36,553 bases of DNA from Bacteroidales bacterium (lineage in GTDB: Bacteria; Bacteroidota; Bacteroidia; Bacteroidales; Dysgonomonadaceae): positions 1-36,553 of the forward strand of contig JAAYFR010000244.1 of the NCBI GenBank assembly GCA_012728155.1, written 5' to 3'. The first letter of the stretch is position 1. Each line of letters opens with the position of its first letter. Positions 28,208-36,553 of this stretch are shown piece by piece. Under the pieces are notes generated by a model. That model made no database searches. It was given only the letters and a program-made list of their open reading frames with translations, and was not told where the DNA came from. Both the position numbers and the translations under genes were made by a program.

Positions 28208-29959
28208 ATGGAACAAGAAACATTATTGGCACAAGTCACCGACAAGGCTATGTCTTGGATTAACGGAAATTACGATTCCGAGACGAAACAAGAAGTACAA
28301 CAGATGCTCGACAGCGAAGAAAAAACCAAACTGATCGACGCATTCTATAAAGATCTTGAATTTGGAACAGGAGGACTGCGCGGTATTATGGGTGCCGGCA
28401 GCAACCGTATGAATATCTATACGGTAGGTTCTGCCACGCAGGGGCTTTCGAATTACCTCAAAAAAGAGTTTGCCAACCTCGATGAGATCAAGGTGGTAAT
28501 CGGACACGATTGTCGTAATAACAGCCGTAAATTTGCTGAAATATCGGCCGACATATTCAGTGCCAATGGCATCAAGGTATATCTTTTTGAGAGCCTGCGT
28601 CCCACCCCCGAAGTATCTTATGCAATCAGACGGTTAGGATGCCAGAGTGGAATTATGATTACCGCCTCGCACAATCCAAAAGAGTATAACGGTTACAAGG
28701 CCTATTGGGACGACGGCGCACAGGTGCTTGCACCCCACGATAAAAATATCATCGCAGAGGTCAACCGTATTAAATCGACAGATGATATCCGCTTCGAAGG
28801 GAACAAGGAGTTGATCGAAATAATAGGCAAGGATATGGATACGGCATTTATCGAGGAGGTAAAGAAATTGGTACTCTCTCCCGAATCCATTGCACGCCAT
28901 AGTGATCTGAAGATTGTCTATACACCGATTCATGGTGCCGGGAGCATGCTGGTACCCGATGCTTTGAGGGCGGTAGGATTTACCCAAATCATCTCCGTCC
29001 CTGAGCAGGATGTGTTAAGTGGCGACTTCCCTACTGTGATTTCCCCCAATCCGGAAGAATCGGCGGCACTCGATCTGGCGATAAAAAAAGCCATTGAGAC
29101 CGGTGCAGACCTGGTGATGGCTACCGATCCCGATGCCGACCGTATTGGCACCGCCATCCGCGATAAGAATGGGAATTTCGTCCTGGTCAATGGCAACCAG
29201 ACTATGCTGATCTGCCTCTATTATCTGATGACCCGTCGTGATGAGCTGAATTTACTTACCGGAAAAGAGTTCGTGGTAAAAACCATTGTCACCACCGAAT
29301 TGGTGAAAAAAATCGCCGATAAGAGAGGAATTGAGCTTTTCGATTGTTATACCGGATTCAAATGGATCGCAGAGATTATCCGCCAAAACGAAGGAATAAA
29401 GAAATACATTGGCGGCGGAGAAGAGAGTTACGGTTTCCTTGCCGGTGATTTTGTACGCGACAAAGACTCCGTATCGGCATGTACCCTCTTCGCAGAGATA
29501 GCGGCCTGGGCACGTGACAACGGTAAGAGTATGTATGAACTGTTACAGGATATCTATCTCGAATATGGCTATTCCAAGGAGGTTGGAGTATCTCTGGTAC
29601 GTAAAGGTAAAGAAGGAGCCGACGAGATAGAGTCCATGATGAAGAATTTCCGGGCGAATCCCCCGATCTCATTGGCTGGCTCTCCAGTTACCCTTATAAA
29701 AGATTTTGCAAAACTGGAAGCTATCGATTTCCTTAGTAACGAACATATCTCCCTTGAAATGCCAACCACTTCAAACGTACTGCAATACTTTACAGAAGAA
29801 GGAAGCAAACTTTCTATCCGTCCTTCGGGTACAGAACCAAAGATCAAATTTTATATTGAAGTAAAGGGTGGAGTAGCAAAAACAAGAGAGGCGCTGGAAG
29901 AAGCAGATGCAATAGCCAATCAGAAAATTGCCACTATTCGCGAAGAACTGGGAATTTGA
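28208..29959 (+). CDS. pgm: Phosphoglucomutase / phosphomannomutase
   Basis: FGTGGLRG, TASHNP (phosphoserine), DPDADR (metal loop), GEESYG and RPSGTEPKIKFY. Confidence 0.93.
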   Translation: MEQETLLAQVTDKAMSWINGNYDSETKQEVQQMLDSEEKTKLIDAFYKDLEFGTGGLRGIMGAGSNRMNIYTVGSATQGLSNYLKKEFANLDEIKVVIGHDCRNNSRKFAEISADIFSANGIKVYLFESLRPTPEVSYAIRRLGCQSGIMITASHNPKEYNGYKAYWDDGAQVLAPHDKNIIAEVNRIKSTDDIRFEGNKELIEIIGKDMDTAFIEEVKKLVLSPESIARHSDLKIVYTPIHGAGSMLVPDALRAVGFTQIISVPEQDVLSGDFPTVISPNPEESAALDLAIKKAIETGADLVMATDPDADRIGTAIRDKNGNFVLVNGNQTMLICLYYLMTRRDELNLLTGKEFVVKTIVTTELVKKIADKRGIELFDCYTGFKWIAEIIRQNEGIKKYIGGGEESYGFLAGDFVRDKDSVSACTLFAEIAAWARDNGKSMYELLQDIYLEYGYSKEVGVSLVRKGKEGADEIESMMKNFRANPPISLAGSPVTLIKDFAKLEAIDFLSNEHISLEMPTTSNVLQYFTEEGSKLSIRPSGTEPKIKFYIEVKGGVAKTREALEEADAIANQKIATIREELGI

Positions 29960-29962
29960 TTG

Positions 29963-30003
29963 ATTCCTACTTGTCGGGGTACGTTATCCCGACAAGTAGG
30001 AAT
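29963..30003. terminator. Perfect 16-bp inverted repeat; probable terminator or REP-like hairpin between convergent genes
   Basis: ATTCCTACTTGTCGGG-9 nt-CCCGACAAGTAGGAAT, starting 3 bp after the pgm stop. Confidence 0.7.
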
Positions 30004-30076
30004 AACTTACCCCGATTTAATTTCAAAGGAGACAGCGCCCCCTTTCGTCATAAATTTCACAGCGTTGGCAAGTAAG

Positions 30077-30736
30077 CTACCCATACACACTTTCCATCCT
30101 GATAATCCCTTTTCTCAGTGCATACTGTACCATTTCGAGGGTACTGTTAATACCCAGTTTGCGAAAAATATTATTTTTATGGTTATCCACTGTGCGGGGA
30201 CTAATAGAGAGCCGCTCGGCAATCTGTTTTCCTGAAAGTCCCTCCTGAGAAAGTACAATAATTCGTAATTCCTGTTTGGTAAACTCTCTACTCACTTTTG
30301 AAGTTTTTTCCTTTGCCGCGTAAATTTGGTAAATAATATCTGAAATATCTTTGCCAAAGTATTCCAATCCACTTGCTACCATCCCAATTGCCTCCAAAAG
30401 CACATCCATCGTTCCGGCCCGTTTACTGATAAAACCGTCAATACCCAAATCCACCATCGCCTCTACTGTTTCCATGGTGTTCGCAGGCGATATGGCCAAT
30501 ATCTTAATTTTGGGATAGGTTATCCGCAATAAACGTACTATTTCAGTACCATGCATATCCGGCAATACAATATCAAGTAATATAATATCTACTTCTACCT
30601 TTTCGAGTAGCCGAAAAAGTTCCTCCCCAGTTTCTGCCTCCCCCACAATATCGATATCGGTCTGTCGGTTTTCTATTACCGTCTTCACTCCTAATCGAAA
30701 TAATTCATGATCGTCCACTACAATTACCCGTATCAT
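30077..30736 (-). CDS. NarL/LuxR family response regulator
   Basis: VVDDHELFRLG, LLDIVLPD and LuxR HTH (QIAERLSISPRTVDNHKNNIFRKLG). Confidence 0.93.
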   Translation of the reverse strand: MIRVIVVDDHELFRLGVKTVIENRQTDIDIVGEAETGEELFRLLEKVEVDIILLDIVLPDMHGTEIVRLLRITYPKIKILAISPANTMETVEAMVDLGIDGFISKRAGTMDVLLEAIGMVASGLEYFGKDISDIIYQIYAAKEKTSKVSREFTKQELRIIVLSQEGLSGKQIAERLSISPRTVDNHKNNIFRKLGINSTLEMVQYALRKGIIRMESVYG

Positions 30737-30867
30737 ATCGTTTCATTCATAGGTTTATATTATCACCTATTCTCTCTGTTCAATTGAATTCAAATATCCA
30801 CTAATTTTGATGTGACGGCATAAAGTTAAGTGAAAAACTTTAAATAAAGTATCATAATGTCCATTTT

Positions 30868-30887
30868 AATAAGTAAAATTACTTATT
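30868..30887. promoter_or_regulatory. Palindromic operator in the divergent regulator/HTCS intergenic region
   Basis: AATAAGTAA-AA-TTACTTATT, with perfect 9-bp arms. Confidence 0.55.
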
Positions 30888-30941
30888 GACAGGAAAAATC
30901 ATTCTATTTACTTTTATATTATCTATTGAAGAAGAGGCGGT

Positions 30942-33821
30942 ATGAGAGCAATAACTATGAAAATATTACAATATTTGGCTACAATCACAATATTATTGAC
31001 CTTTTTATTGCCGGCATGCAACCCGATGGAGAAAGGGTATGATCATGAATTGGAAGTGCAAAAGCGACGGTGGAAAATGGAGATAGGGGAAGATTTCCCG
31101 AACTGGACAACCGACACTGTGGAAATGGAGAACCGCCTTGCCCATTTCCGGAAGAGCGGCAATAAAATGGGTGAGCAAGCGATGCTCCGGATGCTTGGCA
31201 ACGAATTCCGCAACAGTTCTCGATTCCAACCCGCCATAGAGAAACATACACAGGCGTTACAGATCGCCTACGAACTCAACGATACCGTGCTCATCACAAC
31301 GCTGCTCAACGAGTTGGGTACCGATTTCCGCCGCACGGGTATCTATGAGGAGGCAATCAAGTACCACTATCAGTCGCTGCAACTCTCCGAGAATTACATG
31401 GGCAGCGACGCAAAGACCATCACCCGCAACATTGCTTCTTCGCTTAATGGCGTTGGCATCGTCTACAGCACCATGAACGAACCCGACGAAGCGATCCAGG
31501 CTTACGAGAAAGCCCTGGAGATAGAAATCGGGAAACACAACCTCAAAGGGATGGCGATGAACCACGCCAACATAGGTTCGGCCTATTTCGACAAGGAGGA
31601 GTTTGACAAGGCGGAGAGCTACTTCCACAAATCGCTCCAGAACAATATCGATGCCGACTTACCACTGGGAATCGCCCTATGTAATATCAATATCGGAAGG
31701 ATACACGAAACACGGGGCGAACAGAATATCGCACTGGAACAATATCAGTTAGCGTATAACATCCTCTCGGAGATGCCCGACAAATGGCATTGGATAAAAT
31801 CGGGCCTCCACCTTGGAGAAGCATATATGAAAACAGGTGATTACCAGAGCGCGCGCATCTATCTCGACGAAGCGCTTCAAACGGCTTTTGAATTAAAATC
31901 GCCTGCCTATATTCAGGAGGCATATGAATTACTTTCCCGTTATAACTACCACAACGGAAATTATAAGCAATCGGCCGACGAGTTGAGGTTGAGTCAACTT
32001 TATGCCGACAGCGTGCGGTACAACCTTGAAACCAGTCGCCTGTTGGAGTCGCGCATCAAATACGAGACTGAAAAATTTACGCGACAAATTGAAGAACTCG
32101 ACCGGCAGAATCAGGAACAGGTTTCAAGAAAGAGGCATGCCATCCTGATGATGGTTGCCCTGTTGGTGGTGCTAACCGGTTTGCTACTGCTTATCCTCTA
32201 CAAGCGGAAGCTGGAACAACAACAGGCGATAGAGCTGAAAAATCTGGAAAAGATGCGTTCCAACTTCTTCACCAACCTCACCCATGAGTTGAGGACTCCC
32301 ATCACCGTGATTAACGGGCTGAGCAAACACCTTATGTCGGAGATGGACGACCTCTACTGTACCGATGCCAAAAACTTGCAGGCAATCCAGCGACAAGGGA
32401 ATCACCTGTTGCATCTGGTCAACCAGTTACTCGAATTCTCCCGTTCCGAATCGGGCATCGTCAAACCTAAATGGCGATATGCCAACATGGTGGAATACAT
32501 CAACGTATTAACCGAATCATACACGCAGTACGCCCGCAATAAAGGCATAGAGATGTTCGTTTATAGCGAGGAGCCGGTTATTTTCATGAACTTCGCCCCC
32601 TCTTCCGTGAAGAAGGTGATGGACAACCTTCTCTCCAACGCCATCAAGAATTGCACCGAAGGAAACCGCATCATTGTACATATCCAACACAACCAAGCAA
32701 CCCAAAAGTGCCTTATCATGGTCAAGGATAGCGGCAAGGGCATCGCATCGGAAGAGCTGCCCAACATATTCAAGCTCTATTATTCGGTCGATCCCCGTCA
32801 CGAACAGACGAGCAGTGGCATAGGTCTGGCACTTACCAAACAGCTTATCAACGAGATGGGCGGCAGCATCAACGTTACCAGCACTCCCGGAGAAGGAGCT
32901 GAGTTTACCGTTACCCTACCCATATCGGATAGACCCATCCCCCCGGAAGAACGTGAAGAACTTCACTATGATCCGACGGAAATAAACGGAGCACCGCAAA
33001 GTGATGATAAAAACGATGACCTTAATTTCACACCAACCTCCGCCAATGGGAAGAAAACCATCCTCGTTATCGAAGACAACAAAGATGTAATACACTATAT
33101 ATCCACCATCCTCTCCGATCAATATATGGTAATCCATGCCTCCAACGGGAACGAAGGCCTACTGATGGCAGAACAGCATATCCCCGATCTGATCATCACC
33201 GACGTGATGATGCCCGAAAAAGATGGATATAGATTCACCGCCGATCTACGCAATTCCCTTGCCATATCACACATTCCGGTCATTATAATTACCGCCAAGG
33301 GCAGCACTGAGGAGAAACTTCAAGGGCTAAAATCGGGTGCCGACGCCTTCCTGACTAAACCATTCGACGAACAGGAGCTGAAGGTACGCATTCAGCAGCT
33401 ACTCAAGAGCCGGACAATGTTGATGGAGACCTACACAGCTGCATTTCTGCAGGAGAGTAAAAACACCGTTGTCGATAGCGACCACAATATGACCTTCATC
33501 ACCAAACTTTCAATAGAGGTCAACAACCACCTCGACGACCCACAATACTTCCCCGATGGGCTTTCGAGCGACATGTGCCTAAGCGAGTCGCAACTCAACC
33601 GAAAACTGAAAGCCATGACGGGACATACCATCTCCTCGTTCGTGATGCGTGCCCGCCTCAACAAGGCAAAGCAGTTGCTCTCCAAACGGCAGATGAATAT
33701 CACTGAGGTCGCCCTCACCTGTGGTTTCAGTGATCTCAGTTATTTTTCCCGTTCATTCAAGAAAGTATTCGGATATACACCCTCTGAATTCATGAAAATT
33801 CCCGAAAAGCAAGAAGAATAG
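30942..33821 (+). CDS. Hybrid two-component system protein: TPR sensor, TM, histidine kinase, receiver, AraC HTH
   Basis: N-terminal hydrophobic signal, multiple TPRs, TM, THELRTP, NLLSNAIK, DSGKGI, GIGLAL, receiver ITDVMMP and AraC tail (GFSDLSYFSRSFKKVFGYTPSEF). Confidence 0.93.
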   Translation: MRAITMKILQYLATITILLTFLLPACNPMEKGYDHELEVQKRRWKMEIGEDFPNWTTDTVEMENRLAHFRKSGNKMGEQAMLRMLGNEFRNSSRFQPAIEKHTQALQIAYELNDTVLITTLLNELGTDFRRTGIYEEAIKYHYQSLQLSENYMGSDAKTITRNIASSLNGVGIVYSTMNEPDEAIQAYEKALEIEIGKHNLKGMAMNHANIGSAYFDKEEFDKAESYFHKSLQNNIDADLPLGIALCNINIGRIHETRGEQNIALEQYQLAYNILSEMPDKWHWIKSGLHLGEAYMKTGDYQSARIYLDEALQTAFELKSPAYIQEAYELLSRYNYHNGNYKQSADELRLSQLYADSVRYNLETSRLLESRIKYETEKFTRQIEELDRQNQEQVSRKRHAILMMVALLVVLTGLLLLILYKRKLEQQQAIELKNLEKMRSNFFTNLTHELRTPITVINGLSKHLMSEMDDLYCTDAKNLQAIQRQGNHLLHLVNQLLEFSRSESGIVKPKWRYANMVEYINVLTESYTQYARNKGIEMFVYSEEPVIFMNFAPSSVKKVMDNLLSNAIKNCTEGNRIIVHIQHNQATQKCLIMVKDSGKGIASEELPNIFKLYYSVDPRHEQTSSGIGLALTKQLINEMGGSINVTSTPGEGAEFTVTLPISDRPIPPEEREELHYDPTEINGAPQSDDKNDDLNFTPTSANGKKTILVIEDNKDVIHYISTILSDQYMVIHASNGNEGLLMAEQHIPDLIITDVMMPEKDGYRFTADLRNSLAISHIPVIIITAKGSTEEKLQGLKSGADAFLTKPFDEQELKVRIQQLLKSRTMLMETYTAAFLQESKNTVVDSDHNMTFITKLSIEVNNHLDDPQYFPDGLSSDMCLSESQLNRKLKAMTGHTISSFVMRARLNKAKQLLSKRQMNITEVALTCGFSDLSYFSRSFKKVFGYTPSEFMKIPEKQEE

Positions 33822-33942
33822 GCAAGGAAAAAGAGATTTCCAATGACACCGACAACAACATTTTCAGCCAAGGTGCATTTTTTTAAATTTATTAAAAGTT
33901 GACAAACATATTCACTATTATTCAGTAAGTTAGTTAATCGCA

Positions 33943-34040
33943 ATGCAGATATAGTACAAACTTGAAGAGCATCATGCGGATTTAGTACAAACTTTTGCCG
34001 AAATATTGAAAGCTTTTCCAGTGCAACATTTCTACATTTG
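33943..34040 (+). promoter_or_regulatory. Tandem 21-bp direct repeat (candidate HTCS/AraC operator) plus -7 box
   Basis: ATGCAGATATAGTACAAACTT (33943-33963) and ATGCGGATTTAGTACAAACTT (33974-33994), 19/21 identical with a 31-bp period. TACATTTG at 34033-34040. Confidence 0.65.
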
Positions 34041-34061
34041 CTCGAAACAGAAAAGAAATAT

Positions 34062-34328
34062 ATGGATCCCGAAATAATGCAACTAATACAATCAAGGCGC
34101 GACACCCTCTACCGGCATTACGACCTTCCCGACAGTGAACGGCAAAAAGCCGAAGCATTATTTATTCGCATGGAACAATTTGGAGAAAAATGCAGAAATC
34201 AAAAGGAGTTCGAAAAAAAACTCTCTACCGTCACCATGAACAATGAATACAACAATCTCTTCGTCGAATTCACTGCTTATGCAAAGGAGGAGAATATACC
34301 GACGGGTGATGGCTCAAATTACAAATAA
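34062..34328 (+). CDS. Small helical hypothetical protein (88 aa)
   Basis: ATG 21 nt after a -7 box; apparent first gene of the SPFH operon. No family recognised. Confidence 0.6.
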   Translation: MDPEIMQLIQSRRDTLYRHYDLPDSERQKAEALFIRMEQFGEKCRNQKEFEKKLSTVTMNNEYNNLFVEFTAYAKEENIPTGDGSNYK

Positions 34329-34364
34329 CATATTTTATTTTTCATCATTTAACATCAAGACAAC

Positions 34365-35531
34365 ATGGCCTTTTTAAACAAACTCAAAGAAAAAGCATTC
34401 GGTGAATTTATAGATATCATCGAATGGACCGACAGCAGTTCTGACACCATGATTTGGCGTTTTCCACGCTATAACGCCGAAATCAAAAACGGAGCACAAC
34501 TCACCGTACGGGAGACGCAGGTAGCTGTGCTGGTCAACGAAGGACAGTTTGCCGACGTATTCCAGCCGGGACGTTACGAACTCACCACCAACAATATGCC
34601 TATCCTCACCACTATTAAGGGATGGAAATACGGCTTCAACTCGCCTTTTAAGGTTGATGTATATTTCGTCAATACCAAACAGTTTCTCAACCAACGTTGG
34701 GGCACTGCCAACCCCATCATGATGCGTGATCCCGAGTTCGGCCCCATCCGCATGAGAGCCTTCGGATCGTATAACTTCCGGGTGCAGGCCGACCCCATCC
34801 CGTTCATCCGCAACGTGGCAGGCACCAGCGGCGAGTTCACCACCGAAGGGATTAGCGAGCAACTGCGCAACTTCGTCATCACCAAATTCACCGATTACCT
34901 AGGAGAATCGAAGATTGCCGCCCTCGATCTGGCTGCCAACCTCAACGAGTTCTCACAGGGACTGACCGACGGTCTTAAGGGCGACTTTGCCGAGTATGGC
35001 ATCGAGTTGACACGCTTCCTGGTAGAAAATATCTCGCTACCCGAAGCGGTGGAAGAAGCACTGGATCGTCGAACCAGCATGGGCGTGATTGGCAATATGA
35101 CCGCTTATACACAAATGCAGTTTGCAGATTCACTGAAAGACTCCGCCAACAACCCTGCCGGAGGTGGAAATCTTGCCAGCAATGCCATGGGTGCCGGAAT
35201 CGGTTTGGCAATGGCAGGGCAGATGGCGGGACAAATGGTGAATCCTCAAGCCGGGCAGTTTGTGGGTAGTCAGCAGCAAGCACCACAACAAGCACCGCAG
35301 CAAGCACCACAACAAGCACCGCCACCCATGCCGCCACAAACTACATATCATGTGGCTGTTGGCGGTGTACAACAGGGACCTTATCCGGTAGCACAAATCC
35401 AACAAATGATTCAGCAGGGACAGATCACCCCTGACACATTGGTTTGGACAGCCGGCATGCCGGCATGGGCAGCGGCAAATAGTGTGGCTGAACTTTCACA
35501 ACTGTTTGGAGCTGTACCACCACCATTATAA
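34365..35531 (+). CDS. SPFH/band-7 domain protein (YdjI-like) with a C-terminal GYF_2/DUF4339 domain
   Basis: IKNGAQLTVRETQVAV, SPFKVDVYFVN, WGTANP, RAFGSY and ISLPEAVE. Q/P-rich linker, then QQGPY...TLVWTAGMPAW and a terminal PPPL. Confidence 0.85.
   Translation: MAFLNKLKEKAFGEFIDIIEWTDSSSDTMIWRFPRYNAEIKNGAQLTVRETQVAVLVNEGQFADVFQPGRYELTTNNMPILTTIKGWKYGFNSPFKVDVYFVNTKQFLNQRWGTANPIMMRDPEFGPIRMRAFGSYNFRVQADPIPFIRNVAGTSGEFTTEGISEQLRNFVITKFTDYLGESKIAALDLAANLNEFSQGLTDGLKGDFAEYGIELTRFLVENISLPEAVEEALDRRTSMGVIGNMTAYTQMQFADSLKDSANNPAGGGNLASNAMGAGIGLAMAGQMAGQMVNPQAGQFVGSQQQAPQQAPQQAPQQAPPPMPPQTTYHVAVGGVQQGPYPVAQIQQMIQQGQITPDTLVWTAGMPAWAAANSVAELSQLFGAVPPPL
35274..35321 (+). repeat. Coding tandem repeat (QQAP)x4, a perfect 24-bp duplication
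   Basis: CAGCAAGCACCACAACAAGCACCG repeated twice. Confidence 0.85.
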
Positions 35532-35618
35532 GCTGGATTCCGGAAAAAGAGTAAGAGTTTATAACCAATTACTGATTTAAAAATTAAAGTACCAAACACT
35601 TTAAAAAAAAACAATAAA

Positions 35619-36553
35619 ATGAAAACAATAAAAACAGTCATCACCATGTTGGTGCTTGCACTGGTATTTCCGTTACAAGCACAAATCAACCTGAATAAAT
35701 TAGGTAAGCAGATGAAAAAATCGGCTGAGGGACAGGTAGAACAGAAAATCAAAGAAAAATCTGCAAGAGAAACCCGTAAAGCGTTAGACAAGACTGAAAA
35801 GAAGTTTGATCAGGCGGTTCAGGATGCTGTATCGGGCAATGCAAGTGGTAAATCGAGTGCATCTAAAAAAAGCAAGAGCGGAGCAGTAGCTGCCGAAAGA
35901 AAAACCGGATCGAAAGAAATTTATGTTTCAGCCACAAGAGGGAGCAATAGAAACGACGGCAGCATTGATGCTCCGTTCAAAGATTTACAAAAAGCGGTTG
36001 ATGAAGCACCGGAAGGTGCAGTGATTTTGGTTGCTGAGGGGAACTATCAAGGTAAACTGGATGCAGGATATATCAAAATCGACAAATATCTTTCAATTGT
36101 TGGCGGCTTCAGCGATGATTTTTCAAGTTGGGATCCTATAAGGTTTCAGACCATGATCCGCCCCGGTGCAGCAGCATCAGGCACAGGAGCCAATCATGGA
36201 CTGTTGGATATTTATGTGAAAGGGAAACGAAAAGGGGAGGTTTTGATTGACGGACTGATTCTGGATAAAGGTGAGATGAACTGTTATTTCCTGCCCGATC
36301 CGTCCAATCCAAAAAGCGGTACTCCGGAAGGGTGTGAGACAGGCAGATTAGATCCGCCGGGGTTCCAATCCTCCGGTGCACCCAAGATGGACAAGGTTTC
36401 TGTTTCCAATCAGCTGATTCACGGCGATGTGGAGGGAGCGGTTACCATACGCAATTGCGTATTGTTGAATGGTGCCCACTTTGGCATTCAAATGGGAAAT
36501 ATGGGAGGGCATTTCGATATCTATAACAATCTGTTTCTGGCAAACAGGATGGC
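35619..36553 (+). CDS. Secreted right-handed parallel beta-helix (DUF1565/pectin lyase-like) protein; runs off the window end and is absent from the ORF track
   Basis: Manual translation gives the signal peptide MKTIKTVITMLVLALVFPLQA-Q, a K-rich helical linker, then IYVSATRGSNRNDGSIDAPFKDLQKAVDEAPEGAVILVAEGNY. No stop was seen before the window end. Confidence 0.82.
   Translation, partial: MKTIKTVITMLVLALVFPLQAQINLNKLGKQMKKSAEGQVEQKIKEKSARETRKALDKTEKKFDQAVQDAVSGNASGKSSASKKSKSGAVAAERKTGSKEIYVSATRGSNRNDGSIDAPFKDLQKAVDEAPEGAVILVAEGNYQGKLDAGYIKIDKYLSIVGGFSDDFSSWDPIRFQTMIRPGAAASGTGANHGLLDIYVKGKRKGEVLIDGLILDKGEMNCYFLPDPSNPKSGTPEGCETGRLDPPGFQSSGAPKMDKVSVSNQLIHGDVEGAVTIRNCVLLNGAHFGIQMGNMGGHFDIYNNLFLANRM

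Noticed and set aside
29960-30235. 91-aa ORF after pgm
   Set aside because: It runs through the hairpin and overlaps the response regulator antisense, with a non-ATG start and no motifs.

Overview
Chromosomal segment of an anaerobic Bacteroidales bacterium, inferred from TAnnTTTG -7 promoter boxes, A/T-rich start contexts without Shine-Dalgarno sequences, a Rho with a long N-terminal insertion and a hybrid two-component system (HTCS). Gene content suggests a Dysgonomonadaceae/Proteiniphilum-like lineage, but this is inference. Left: partial acyl-CoA synthetase, an etfB-etfA-acyl-CoA dehydrogenase operon (etfA has an in-frame TGA in its FAD motif), a TPR lipoprotein and rho. Centre (9.1-17.2 kb): an accessory B12-dependent methylaspartate glutamate-degradation operon (glmS-glmL-glmE-mal). 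It continues with an AtuA/DUF1446 + DUF4387 pair, an uncharacterised P-loop/tRNA-editing-like (tRNA_SAD) protein, and a class I fumarase/mesaconase collapsed by an internal deletion into an alpha/beta chimera. Near-identical 74-bp hairpin repeats flank glmE. Right: DUF1080, truA, dnaQ-like, dnaN, xerD, a hybrid kinase with an atypical NtrC-type regulator, ftsB-like, C69 dipeptidase and pgm. The window ends with a NarL regulator/TPR-HTCS pair upstream of an SPFH/beta-helix operon that has a visible direct-repeat operator. No rRNA, tRNA, CRISPR array or transposase was recognised. All family assignments come from motif recognition by eye, not from database searches.
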